A DNA stretch of 64,000 nucleotides from Reclinomonas americana ATCC 50394 (taxonomy: Eukaryota): NCBI GenBank assembly GCA_048213135.1, contig PS015064.1, positions 1-64,000 on the forward strand, written 5' to 3'. The translations under genes and the position numbers were made by a program. Positions 42,860 through 55,219 of this stretch are shown one piece after another. The notes under the pieces are model-generated. The model ran no database searches. It saw nothing but the letters and a program-made list of their open reading frames with translations, and was not told the DNA's origin. Numbering within the stretch: position 1 is the first letter of the stretch; every line of letters begins with the position of its first letter.

Positions 42860-45800
42860 AGCGAGTTTGAGTCAACGTATTCCATTCACTCACACTGTGG
42901 ATTACAGTATTCAATTTGGTGGCGTCGGATCGTTCACTGCCGTCGCCGGTGGCCAACTTACCGTCTGTGAGTACGAGTGGAGAGTGCGAAGAGTGCAGAG
43001 ATCAAAATAAGTTGCTCATGTGCTTGTTGTGTTTTCGGCAGTGCCATTGCCAACATTTTCAATCCCAACCGTCGCGTCGTCATACACGGTGACAATCGGC
43101 AACACAACCACTATTGGTACGGGTCACCCAGCATGTCATGCTCACATCCATCATCCTTCTCATACTCCTTCATCTGTCTGCAGTTACTGGCGCAACAACA
43201 TCGAGCACAATCGGTCTTCGTGTCGGTTTGTCCGGACAAGTGGTGGTGCTGACGGTGCCAGTGGCCTCGTTCCCCTTTGCCACGCCGTCATTTACACTGT
43301 TCAAGAACGCCGACTGCCGCGGAAATGTGGCCACCATCATCAACGGCTTCAACAGCGCGTCTGATGGCACGACCTATACCATCACATGGACAATCGACAC
43401 GACTGGAGAGCCAACACCAACGAAGCAGCATGCCTGTCGTCCACTGACCTGGCAGGCTTTTTTAGCATGGCATCTGTATCCATTTGTTGCGTCCCTGCTG
43501 GAGATATTTTGCTGTCAAGTTTACTTCTTTTTCTTCTAATGAGGCGACCATGCAGATCGTGTCAAGAGCACTTCCGCGCCTTCCATATCCCAGGGTATCA
43601 AGTCGCAAACTGTTGTCTTGTCGAGTGGCGACTTCCCGTTGCTGGCTACAAGTGCCGCCAATGGCAGTAATCCAGTCACACCTGGCGGCACACCACTGGC
43701 ATTCTCCTCTCACTCGCCACCGACTGTTCGTCGATGGACTTGCGGGCGGCTGCCTTTGTGGTCACTGCGATGTCGCCGACGCGTATTACGGCCACGGTTT
43801 CCACCATTTCTGCGGTCTCACTCGCCTCGTGCACGCTGGATCCAACTGGCACGTATCAAATTTGTGGTCGGTGTGTTAAGGAGGGAAAGAGGGAAGGGAG
43901 GGGGGGAGAAAGAGAGAGGGAGGAGGGAGAAAGAGAGGGAGGAGGGGAGGGGGAGATGGGGAAAGGGAGGAACGACGGTGAAGAAAGAGAGACAGGGGAG
44001 AGAGGGTATTACCGTTGAGAGAGATATGAGCGAGGGGAAATGGTGTTGAGAAAGGGCGTGAGAGTGGATGGTGTGGGCAGAAAGAACAAAGCAGTGGGTG
44101 CCGTGAGGAGAGATGAAGTAAAGCGGGAGAGGCAGGTGAGCCACGAAGTTGAGCGTCTGTGTGTGCGAGAGAAATGGTAGGATGTGAATGAGAGGGCGGC
44201 TGCGAGAGGCAAGAGGGCTGACAAGCAACAGGGAAAATGAGTGAGACGCTGCTGGTGAGCCACATATGTGCGAGAGATATGCGAGGATGTGAATGAGAGC
44301 GCGGTTGCGAGAGGCAAGAGGACAAAGGAGCAATAGGAAAAGTGAGTGAGAGGCTGCTGGTGAGCCACGTATGTGCGAGAGATGCGCGAGGATGTGAATG
44401 AGAGCGCGGTTGCGAGAGGCAAGAGGGCTGAGGAGCAATAGGAAAAATGAGTGAGAGGCTGCATGTTAGCCACGTATATGCGAGAGATGCTCGAGGATGT
44501 GAATGAGAGAGCGGTTGCGAGAGGCAAATGAAAGTGAGAGACTGCATGCGCGAATGAGTTAGACTTTTTGTCATTCTCTTTCATGTTCAACGAGAAAAGT
44601 TGAAGGATAAGAGAGAGAATGCAATTGATCTAATGACGTTGCACCACCATTGACTATTCCACTGACAAAATATCTCCGCACAGCTTCCAAGATGGCTCGT
44701 ATGTGCCTCTCGGTGTGACATTGACCATCACGACCGTCACCGACCCCGATGTCGGCTTCATTTCTCCAAAGTCGTTGCCTCTCGGTGTGCCAACTACGCT
44801 GGTGTTGCATTCACCGTCGCGTACGCTGTCGAGTTGCTCTCGTTTCAAGGTGGTCGACGCTGGATCCGACTGCAATGGTCCGGTTTCGGGTGAGTGCTGA
44901 GAATGAGAAGATTCTGCGCGAGCGGCGGGTGGAGGAGATCTGTACTCACGGTTCACCCTCTTTGCTTATCTCTCTCTCGTCAGCGGCCCTTGCGCTTACG
45001 GCCTTCCAAGACGGCGTCTTTGATGCGTCGTCATGCTTCTATGGATCTGCTGCTGGCGGCTGTGGACANNNNNNNNNNNNNNNNNNNNNNNNNNNNNNNN
45101 NNNNNNNNNNNTGTGCCAACTACGCTGGTGTTGCATTCACCGTCGCGTACGCTGTCGAGTTGCTCTCGTTTCAAGGTGGTCGACGCTGGATCCGACTGCA
45201 ATGGTCCGGTTTCGGGTGAGTGCTGAGAATGAGAAGATTCTGCGCGAGCGGCGGGTGGAGGAGATCTGTACTCACGGTTCACCCTCTTTGCTTATCTCTC
45301 TCTCGTCAGCGGCCCTTGCGCTTACGGCCTTCCAAGACGGCGTCTTTGATGCGTCGTCATGCTTCTATGGATCTGCTGCTGGCGGCTGTGGACAGTTCAA
45401 GGTGCAGCTCACGAGCTCCAAGTCGGTGTATGCCACATTCTGTGTGGCAACCACTCCAGGGGCGACGTACAAGGCGGTGTCGAACAGCGACATTCGTGTT
45501 ACCTCGGGTATGCTGGTGCAGACGTCGTCGGTGGTGGCCAACCAGGCGGGTACAATTGTTGCGTGGTGAAGAGGGAAGGCGGGTGAAGAGGGAAGGGAGG
45601 TGAAGAGGGAAGGGAGGTGAAGAGGGAATGGGGGTGAAGAGGGAAGGGGGTGAAGAGGGAAGGGGGATAAAGAGGGAAGGAGGGTAGAGAGGGAAGGGGA
45701 GAAAGAGGGAAGGATGTAAAGAGGGAATGGGAGGAGGGAGTTTCGACAAGGAGAAGGGAGGGAGATAAAGGGCGATGTGGAAGGATGTGAGACGAGGAGA

Positions 45801-48547
45801 AGAGAGGTAAAGAGGGAAGGGGAGGGAGGGAAGTGAGTCGAGGAGAAGGGGGGTTTTGATGGCATTTTGCATGGAAGAGACAGAGGGTGGAAGTGTGTTG
45901 ATGAGGAAGCAAGGGAGAGAGAAGCAGACTGAAGAATGTCTGTTGAGTTTGTGTGCATTACAAGAGAGGGAAAGGCAGGAGGGAGAAAGGGAACAGATTA
46001 GCTTTGGAAGTGTGTGGATGGGAACGCGTTGGGGAGAGTAACAATGAGAAGTGTGTCTGTGGAGTGTTTGTGGCGCAAGAGAGGACCGTCAGGGGATGAA
46101 TAGGTTGTGGTATTGTGTAGATGGGGATGCAAACGATTAAAGGAGAACGAGGGCAAGGAGACGGAGTGGTTGTGGCAATGAGTGTGTTGATGGGGATGTG
46201 AAGGATAGAGAAACAGAGAGAAGAGTGTCGGTGGAGATTGGATGGCAAGAGAGGATCGTCAGAGGGGGGAGGGAAAGGATTGGTTGTGTTCGACAGTGTG
46301 TGGNNNNNNNNNNNNNNNNNNNNNNNNNNNNNNNNNNNNNNNNNNNNNNNNNNNNNNNNNNNNNNNNNNNNNNNNNNNNNNNNNNNNNNNNNNNNNNNNN
46401 NNNNNNNNNNNNNNNNNNNNNNNNNNNNNNNNNNNNNNNNNNNNNNNNNNNNNNNNNNNNNNNNNNNNNNNNNNNNNNNNNNNNNNNNNNNNNNNNNNNN
46501 GGTTGAGGGTGTGCACATGGGAATGCATTGGAGAGAGAAACAAAAGAGGAGAATGTCTGCGGAGGCTGTTTGTGTGTGTGTGTGTGGCAAGGGAGGATCA
46601 TCAGACGTGGGAAGGGAAATGATACCTTGTGGCAGTGTGGATGATAATGCATTGTAGAGATAGTAAGAATGAGAAGTGTGCCGTGGAGGTAGTGCGTGTG
46701 GTAAGAGAGGATCGTCAGAGGTGGGAAGGGAATTGATACTTTGTGGCAGTGTGGATGAGAATGCATTGGAGAGATAGTAACAAAGAAAAGTGTGCCGTGG
46801 ATACAGTGTGTGTGGCAAGTCAGAGGGGGGAAAGGGATAGCATACGTTGTGGTAGTGTGTGGATTGGATGTTATCGAGAGGGTTACAAAGCGAGCATTGT
46901 TAATGGAGGTTGATTCTGTATGCGAGAGAAAGGTTGGAGGGAGAAGAGAGGAAGGACAATTTGTCAATATTTGTGGTATTGTGTGACGACGGTAAGAGGG
47001 AGAGAGTACTAGTGAGATAGGCGGAGCGCATCAGTGGAGATAGTTATTGTCCTGCGAGAGTGAGAGACCGACTGGGGAGAGGAAAGGATTAGTTGTTCCC
47101 CTGTGTGATGTGAATGCACCGCATGGGGGGACGGGTTGTGGGTGACAGGAGTGGAAGACTTGAGGAGGGGAATGGCTGAGACTTTTGGGAGTGTGTGCTT
47201 GGGAATTCAACAGATGAGTGGCATAGAGGATTGAAAGTCAACTGTGCGTGCGAGGAGAGGAGGTGGGGGACAGAAAGGAAATGTTGAGGTGTTGTTGATG
47301 AGAGAAACAGCTACATGTGAGTGAGTCAGAGAGTTTATGCGTGAAACAGAGAGGAGTGACAGAGGAGCGGGTTGGATATCATGACATTCTAAATCGCATG
47401 GTGTCCACGGCTTGCATGCTGACGTTTGCTTCCTGGTTGTGCGACAGATGAGCACTGGCACTGGCACTCGCTCCGTGGAGATCACGCACCGCTTTGTGCA
47501 ATCGTTCCCGGCGATTCCCACTGTGCTCTTTGGCATCTCCGCTCTCTCCAATACGATTGAGGGCGACACTGACATTCGCTGCGCGCGGCCGTCGGTCACC
47601 GAGTTTATGCTGACGGTGCAGTGCTCGGCACTCGGCACTGCGCAGTTCGACTCGCTCGTTACCAGTTTCGTGAGAGAGGTTTAGTTCTCATGCACACTTG
47701 CATGGAACTCACGACCTGCGTGGCAGATTTCATCGCCATGTACGCGGACCCTGCCGCGACGTACACACACGACAACGAGTTGCCGCGTCAGAAAGCCGCC
47801 AATGAGTGGCTGAGCCTGGCCACCGACAAGAATTTCACTACGGTATGTTGATTCAAGCAGACCTGTGTATGGTCCTTGGACTCATTCATCGCGACCACGC
47901 GGCTGTGTGAGCAGGAAGTGGTGAATGCCCATGCTTTCGGATTCCAGACAATCCCCTCGATTGCGCTGGCGCTGACGGGTGTGCGGTCCATTCGACTCGA
48001 TTCGAGTGGCACGGCGCGCAGCGACAACTTTGAGGTGGCCGTCGGTGAGGCAGCCGCTGCCACCTCGCAGGTGCTGATGACGGTGCGCGGCGATAGTCGC
48101 GTGCAGGCGCTGGAGCTGCGTTCCATGCTGGTGGGATCGCGGCTGGTGCCGCGTGACAATTCCAGTGGCTACGTGATGGTTTCGGGCGGTGAGTTTGACC
48201 GCGAAGATTTGCCGGCAGTTGTGCACGATTGCTGACATGGATCACCGACATGTTGCACAGAGAGCACGCTGGTGGGAAACGCGCCGGTGGTAGTCACCCT
48301 CATCAGCCGTCAGTCAACCCGCGGGTTGAAACAGACTGATTTCCACACCGCCGCATTCTTGCGTGGATGGAAGACGACCGGCACTGGTGCATCGCAGGTC
48401 AGTCCGTCGATTCTACCGACAGATGTGGTTCCGTCGCAAGGCAGCGCGTCGAGTGGAGCGTACGGGCAGCTGACGGTGACGGCGAGCAGTGGGGGAGGTG
48501 TGGAGGAGACGTATGTGACGTGGGTGGCGATTGGCATCCCGGCGTGA
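42860..48547 (+). CDS. Multi-exon extracellular-type protein ending in three H-type-lectin-like domains; 5' end not found, possibly pseudogenised
   Basis: Spliceable exons at ~42860-42965, 43041-43116, 43184-43405, 43456-43518, 43556-43870, 44684-44889, 45310-45557, 47448-47664, 47727-47842, ~47915-48188 and 48261-48547. The C-terminal units show an H-lectin-like pattern (FVQSFPAIPTVLFGISALS; FGFQTIPSIALALTGVRS; TYVTWVAIG*). The model needs a GA donor at 43406 and a frameshift near 43705. Confidence 0.55.
44130..44545 (+). repeat. ~105-bp tandem minisatellite (about 4 degenerate copies) within an intron
   Basis: The block AGCCAC(A/G)TATGTGCGAGAGAT...GGATGTGAATGAGAG...GGTTGCGAGAGGCAA recurs at ~44257, 44362 and 44468. 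Confidence 0.8.
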
Positions 48548-48803
48548 GAGAGGAGAAGGGAGGGGTTTGTGGAAGGGAAGTAGGTAGTGAATACGCAGGA
48601 AAGGAAAGAAAACAGAGAGCGTATGGGGCAAGTGGGGGTGGAGGGAAGGGAGGGCGCAAGGGGGAAGGGAGGGAGGGAGGGAAGGGAGGGCAAGGGGGAA
48701 GGGAGGGGGAAGGGAGGGGGAAGGGAGGCGGAAGGGAGGGGAGAAGGGAGGGGGAAGAGCAAGGGGAAAGAGCAAGGGGAAGGGAGGGGAAAGAGAGAGA
48801 GAA

Positions 48804-48840
<37 letters not shown>

Positions 48841-49186
48841 TAGAGAGAGAGGGAGGGAGAGAGAGAAAGAGAGACGGAGCGANNNNNNNNNNNNNNNNNN
48901 NNGGCATGCATGCACGCACCCTCAATTCCGCAACATCTCACTCACATCGCAGTTGGAGAATGGAGCTCCACGACGGGGACGCGGAGAGACAGGGGGCACT
49001 GAGACACAGACGGCACCACGAGGCGCACGCACACGCGCGCGAGGATGTTGATGTTCCGTCGGATGAATCAGAGTGCTTCACACACACACACACACACACA
49101 CACGTGCACACACACACCACACACACACACCCTCTCTCTCTCTCTCACACACACACACACTCTCTCACACACACACACCACGGAGA

Positions 49187-50351
49187 ATGACAGCAAAGGT
49201 GTGAATTCGTGTGCACTTTTGCGTGGTTGGTGTCTGTGCGTGCATTCGTGTGCTCGTGCACGTGCGTGTGTGCAGTTATTGTTTGTGTGTCTTCGAATGT
49301 CGCTGCTGTGTGTGCGTCTCACCGCGAATGATCGGCACAGATCATTCAGAGTCTCGCAGAAGTGGGATCCGTCACCATCACTCCCGACGGCAAGCACATT
49401 GTTGGTGGGTGCATGGACAGTACCGTTCGTGTGTGGTCTTTGGCAAGTGGAGAAGAAGTGCGACGGCTGGATGGACACACCGACATGGTGATGTCTGTCG
49501 CCGTCACTCCTGATGGCCAGCACATCGTGAGTGGAGGTTTAGACAACACAGTACGGGTGTGGTCGCTGGAGAGTGGGATGGAGGTGCGACGGCTGGTGGG
49601 ACACACTGGATGGGTGTATTGTGTCGCCATCACTCCTGAGGGTCATCACATCGTGAGTGGGGGCTGGGACTGCATAGTGCGGGTGTGGTCGCTGGCGAGT
49701 GGCAAGGAGGTGCGACGGATGGAAGGACACACCGACACGGTGTGGTCTGTCACAGTCACTCCCGATGGTCAGCATGTGGTGAGTGGGGGTGAAGACAGCA
49801 CCGTACGAGTGTGGTTGCTGGCGAGCGGCGAAGAAGTGCGGCGGTTGGAAGGACACACTGACTGGGTATACTCTGTCACCGTCACCCCTGATGGTCAGCA
49901 CGTTGTTAGTGGAAGTGCGGATCGCACCGTGCGGGTGTGGTCACTGACGAGTGGAGAAGAAGTGCGACGGTTGGAGGGACACACTGGAAGGGTGTATTGT
50001 GTCACCGTCACTCCCGATGGCCAGCACATCGTTCACAGGAGCGAAGACGGCACAATTTGGGTGTGGTCTCTGGTGAGTGGCGAGGAAGTGCGACGGTTGG
50101 ATGAACACACTGGATGGGTATCGTCTGTGGCCGTCTCTCCCAATGGTCTCCACATTGTGAGTGCGGGTGGCGACGACAAGACCGTGCGAGTGTGGTGCAC
50201 GCCGCGTGGCCTTGCTCGTCTCGAACTCGACGCTGCGCGGTCGGCCATGCAGGCTGTGCAAGAGGAGGAAGAAGATTCACGATGCCTTCCCGAGCTGGTT
50301 CTGCGCTGTTTCATCGTCGAGGATGCCGAGGTCGTCCTTTTCCGGTGCTGA
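49187..50351 (+). CDS. Stand-alone WD40 propeller protein, copy 1 (7 blades)
   Basis: Micro-exon 49187-49198 (MTAK), GT-AG intron with CTCAC branch, exon 2 49341-50351 (IIQSLAEVGSVTITPDG...LPELVLRCFIVEDAEVVLFRC*). Confidence 0.85.
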
Positions 50352-52275
50352 GTGGGTGAGTCGAAGGGAGGGAAGGTGGCTGCTGGTGATCGTGAGTTGT
50401 TTTTTCGTGTCTTGCGCGGGAGTGCGGGTGATCATGCAGGGTGCAGGTGGGGAGAGAGGACGACTGACGAGAGGAGAGAAGTCGACGTGGATGATGCAGA
50501 ATTGTTCTCCCGTGCTTGTTCCCCTTTCATGTGAGTGAGAGAGAGGTAGTGAAGCACGTCTCCCTCTGTGTGCGTGCCTCTTTCTCACCTCCATTTGTGT
50601 ATGCGAGCGAGATGAATCAATTGGAGTCTGTGATTTCTTTTCCCCCTCGTTGTGATGTCTGTTGTGTGTGCATCTTCAGCTGTGCATGTATGTGCCTCAG
50701 GAGAGCGAGTCACCGATGTTTGTTTCCCTCGCGTCTTGTTTTCGCACCACTTTGGCATCACTGCTCTGCTTCCCATCGTACCTGTGCGCCGCGGACATTC
50801 TCCCTACGTTCTGAAGAATGCCTGTCTTGCAGCTCTCTTTTTTCCTGCCTCCTGCAGAGTCTATCTTTTTCTCCGCCATCTCCCTGCCTTTGTGCGCTCA
50901 TCTGCTTCCCCAGTCATCCACCCCTCCTTGCCGCACACGCTCGAGGCCGAACATGCTGGTCCGCTCACCGTGTTACGATTTCCATCCTGCCAGTCCATCA
51001 TGGTGAGCATCCCGACACCGAAGTGTGTGAGGTGGCATACCTCTCTCCCTTGCAGGATGGTTGTGTGAGCGTCCCTTGGCTTGCTTCTTGACAAACGCGT
51101 GTTGGTATCAGGTGCTGATCGGTGTGTTTGTCAGTGAGACAGAGCAGATTTCTCTCCCCGTCCTCCATTCTTTGCTCACAGCACACCGGCATGCAGAGAC
51201 CATGGAAAGCATGTCGTGGCGATGACAGGCGTGATGTGCATTGCCCGTTGTCGACCGTCACCTCACTCACTCGGCTCCCCACTCGCATCCCACGATGCAC
51301 TCAGCAGTTGTGTGGCCCTGTTTTTCGTGATCTCTCTCCTCCTTCCCTCCACTCACCTCAATTATGCAGGCTGCGCATGCTATGGAGAGCGTGGATTAGT
51401 GGGTGTACACATGTGTGTCGTGATGTGTGATGGTGGCCTGGTCGGTGGATCGTTTTCAATCCCGGTTGGCAAGTCAGAGCGGAACGATTATGTGCGCTCC
51501 TTGGTTGCTGCTCACACTGCCAAGTGACAATGGTTGTGGCCACGGGAGACTGCAGACACGTGCGAGGCCAGCAAGACATGGTGAGTGCGTGTTCTGCATC
51601 TGCGTTGAGGAGCAAGTCGGTGAGACTTGGAGATTGACTGTATCAATTCTGTGTGTGTGATCTGAACACAGCGTGCTGGTAAGTGACTGGCATGCGAAGA
51701 CACGTGGTTCCGTGCTTCACAGTGCATGCGCGAGACGATTCACCGACCGACTGTGAGTGTGATTGAAGGCATGAGGCATTGATTGTGAGTTGGGAAAGAG
51801 GAGGCGAGCCTCGCTACACTGCTGCCTGTTCCATCGTTGTGCTGCTGTTATGGTCGCTCCTCTCCTGTCTCATGTGGCTCTTTTTCTTCATTGTCTCACC
51901 TCAACGTCGCTGTGGGCCGATCCGAGGAGGTGTGAGGTGTCGCTGACTCGCTGCTCATTGGATTCTCAGCTATGCTGTGCTGTGGCTTCAGCACAGCTGG
52001 ACCACAGCTGCATATCCAAGCAGCCCGACATTCCAATTCTCGTTGGCAGAGAATACTGGCCGGTCTCGATGCAATGGAGCGCCAACCTCGTGTCACCACC
52101 ACCACCTTGCATGGTCCATTTTCTGCCGATTTCGCATAGATGTCGACGAGTCCCATGTCGGTCTTCAAAAGCCCACACGCATCAACGAAGCCACACTGCT
52201 CTCACACTGCTGCATGCATATGCTGTGTGGGGTGCTGGCTGCAGCCTGGCGAGGATGCGGGACGTCTCGGAGCAA

Positions 52276-52340
52276 GGCGGGAGAAGAAAGGCGGGAAACA
52301 GTGACAATCCGGAGCGAGCAAATCACACACACACAAACAC
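52276..52340 (+). promoter_or_regulatory. Putative proximal promoter of the WD40 genes (GGCGGGA x2, including E2F-like GCGGGAAA, then (CA)n)
   Basis: GCGGGAAA at 52291, 55167, 58855 and 62297, about 50-70 nt upstream of each ATG; absent before copy 1. The conservation may simply reflect duplication. Confidence 0.25.
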
Positions 52341-52355
52341 ACGCACGCACGGAGA

Positions 52356-53248
52356 ATGACAACAAAGGTGTGAATGTCTGCGCACTTTGCGTGGTTTGTG
52401 TCTGTGCGTGCATTCGTTTGTGTGCGGGTGTTGTTCTTTGTGTTTGTGCGTGTGCGTCTCACCGCGAATGATCTTCACAGATCATTCAGAATATCGCTTC
52501 AGTGCGATCCGTCACCAGTACTCCCGATGGCAATCACATTGTTGGTGGGTGCATGGACAGCACCGTTCGAATGTGGTCACTGGCGAGTGGCGAAGAAGTG
52601 CGACGGCTGGAGGGACACACTGGATGGGTGTTTTCTGTCGCCGTCACCCCAAATGGCCAGCAGATAGTGAGTGGGGATGGAGACAACACAGTGCGGGTGT
52701 GGTCGCTGGCGAGTGGCAAGGAGGTGCGACGGATGGAAGGACACGCTGACTGGGTGTGGTCAGTCACTGTCACCCCTGATTGTCAGCATAAAGTGAGTGG
52801 GAGCAGGGACTGCACCGTGCGGGTATGGTCGCTGATGAGTGGAGACCAAGTGTGGCGATTGGAAGGACGCACTGGTGCGGTGTGGTCTGTCGCTGTCACT
52901 CCCGACGGCCAACAAGTCGTGAGCGGGAGCGGGGATGGCTCCATTCGGGTGTTGTCTCTGGCGAGTGGCGAGGAAGTGCGGCGGTTGGATGGTCACACTG
53001 GATGGGTGTCGTCTGTGGCCGTCTCTCCCGACGGTCAGCACATTGTGAGTGCGGGTGGCGACGACAAGACGGTGCGAGTGTGGTCGACGCCGCGTGGTCT
53101 TGCTCGCCTTGAACTCGACGCCGCGCGCTTGGCCATGCATGCCGTGCAGGAAATGCAGGAGGAAGAAGTAGATTCACGATGCCTTCCCGAGCTGGTTCTG
53201 CGCTGCTTCATCGCCGAGGATGCCGAGGTCGTCTTTTTCCGGTGCTGA
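52356..53248 (+). CDS. Stand-alone WD40 protein, copy 2 (5 blades)
   Basis: Micro-exon 52356-52367 (MTTK), exon 2 52481-53248, same C-terminal tail as copy 1. Confidence 0.8.
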
Positions 53249-55219
53249 GTCGGTGAGTTGGAGAGAGGGAAGGTGGTTCCTGGTGATTGTGAGTTGTTGT
53301 CGTGTCTGCGAGGGAGAATGGGTGATCACGCGGGATGCAGGTGGGGAAGAGAGGATGACAGAGGAGAGAGATCGCGATCGAGAGATCGCTGCTGATGGTG
53401 GTGAATTCTTCTCCCGTGTTTGTTGCCCTGTCATGTGAATGCGAGTGAGTGGGCGTGGAGCATGTCTCCCTCTGTGTACGTGTCTCTTTCTCACCTCAGT
53501 TTGTGTGTGCCAGTGCGATGAATCACCTGGGAGTCTCTTGCGTTTTTTGTCTCGTTGTGAAGTCGACGTCTGTTGTGTATGCATCTTTCGTCGTGCGTGT
53601 ACGTGCCTCAGGACGGCGAGTCGCCATTGTCTGTTTCCTCGCGTCTCGTTTTGCACACATCTACTCTGTGCCCCATTGTGCATGTGCGCCGTGCACATTC
53701 TCCTTCCGACTCTGAAGAATGCGTGTCATTCCGTTCCCCCTTTTTTCTGTCCTTTGTTGATTCTCTCTTTCTCCACCATCTCTCTCCTTGTGCGCTCATC
53801 TGCTTCCCCAGTCATCCACCCCTCCTTCCCGCACACGCTCGAGGCCGAGCTGCTGGTCCGCTCACCGTGTTCCGACTGCCATCCTGCCAGTCCATCATGG
53901 CGAGCTTCCCGATGCCGAAGTGTGTGAGGTGGCATGACTGCATACTGACTCTGCTCCTTCTCTCTCTCTCTCTCGTAGGATGGATGTGTGTACAGAAGCA
54001 TCCCTTGGCTTGCCTCTTGACCAAACGCGTGTTGGTATCAGGTGCTGATCGGTGTGTTCGGCATCGAGACAGAGCAGCAGATTTCTCTCTCCTTCCTCCA
54101 TTCCTTTTGCTCACAGCACACCAATATGCAGACACCTTGGAAGCACGTGCTCCTCGGTGGCCGTGACGATGACAGACGTGCCGTGCATCGCCCGCTGCCG
54201 GCTATCACCTCACTCACTCGGCTCCCCACTCGCATCCCTCCCTGCACGAAGCAGGTGCATGACCTTGTTCGTCTTGATCTCTCTTTTCTCCTTTCCTCCC
54301 ACTCACTTCATTCTTGCAGGCCGTACATGCCATGGAGAGCGTGGTGAGGTCGTGCTGTGTGCCGGTGGCCTGGTCGGTGGATCGTTTCAATCCCGGCTGG
54401 CAAGTCGGAGCGAATCGATGATGTGCGCTCCTTGGTTGCTGCTGTCACTGCGCGCCGAGTGATGATGTTGGTGGCCACGGAAGACTGCAGACACGTGCAA
54501 GGCCAGCAACACATGGTGCGTGCGTGTTCTGCATCTGCGTTGAGGAGTAAGTTGGTGAGACTTGGAGATTGACTGACTCAGTTCGGTGTGTGCCATGAAC
54601 ACAGGCGTGCTGGCAAGTGACTGGCATGCGAAGACACGTGGTTCTGTGCCTCACAGTGCATGCGCGAGACGATTCACCGGCCGACTGCGAGTGTGATTGA
54701 AGGCACGAGGCATTGGCTGTGACTTGGGTGAGAGGGAGGCGAGTCTCACAACACAGTTGCCTCGTCCATCGGTGTGCTGCTGTGCTGGTCTCTCCTCTCC
54801 CGTCCGTTGTGCCATCATCGTGCCCTCGTCAACCTCGCTGTGGGTCGATCCGAGGTGTGAGGTGCAGGGCCACAGCTGCGTATCCAAGCAGCCCGACATG
54901 CCAGTCCTCGTTGAGAGATAATGCAGGGCAGTAGAAAGAGAGTGTCGCTGGACAGCAGCGCGATGCAATGGAGCGCCACCTCGAGCCACCACCACCATGT
55001 CCATTCTGCCGACTACGCGTCGATGGCGACGAGTCCCATGTCGGTCTTCAAAAGCCCACACGCATGAACAAAGCGACATCGCTCACACTACTGCATGCTG
55101 TATGGGGTGCTGGCTGCAGCCTGTCGAGGGATGCGGGACGTCTCAGAGCAAGGCGGGACAAGAAAGGCGGGAAACGGTGACAATCCCGAGCGAGCAAATC
55201 ACACACACACACACGGAGA

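Noticed and set aside
44786-45394. Direct duplication of ~280 bp around a gap
   Set aside because: Apparently identical copies on either side of an N run: an unmerged contig overlap.
50346-50534. Cys-TGA as selenocysteine or readthrough into a 60-aa in-frame extension
   Set aside because: The downstream frame is disrupted by indels in other copies, and no SECIS could be supported.
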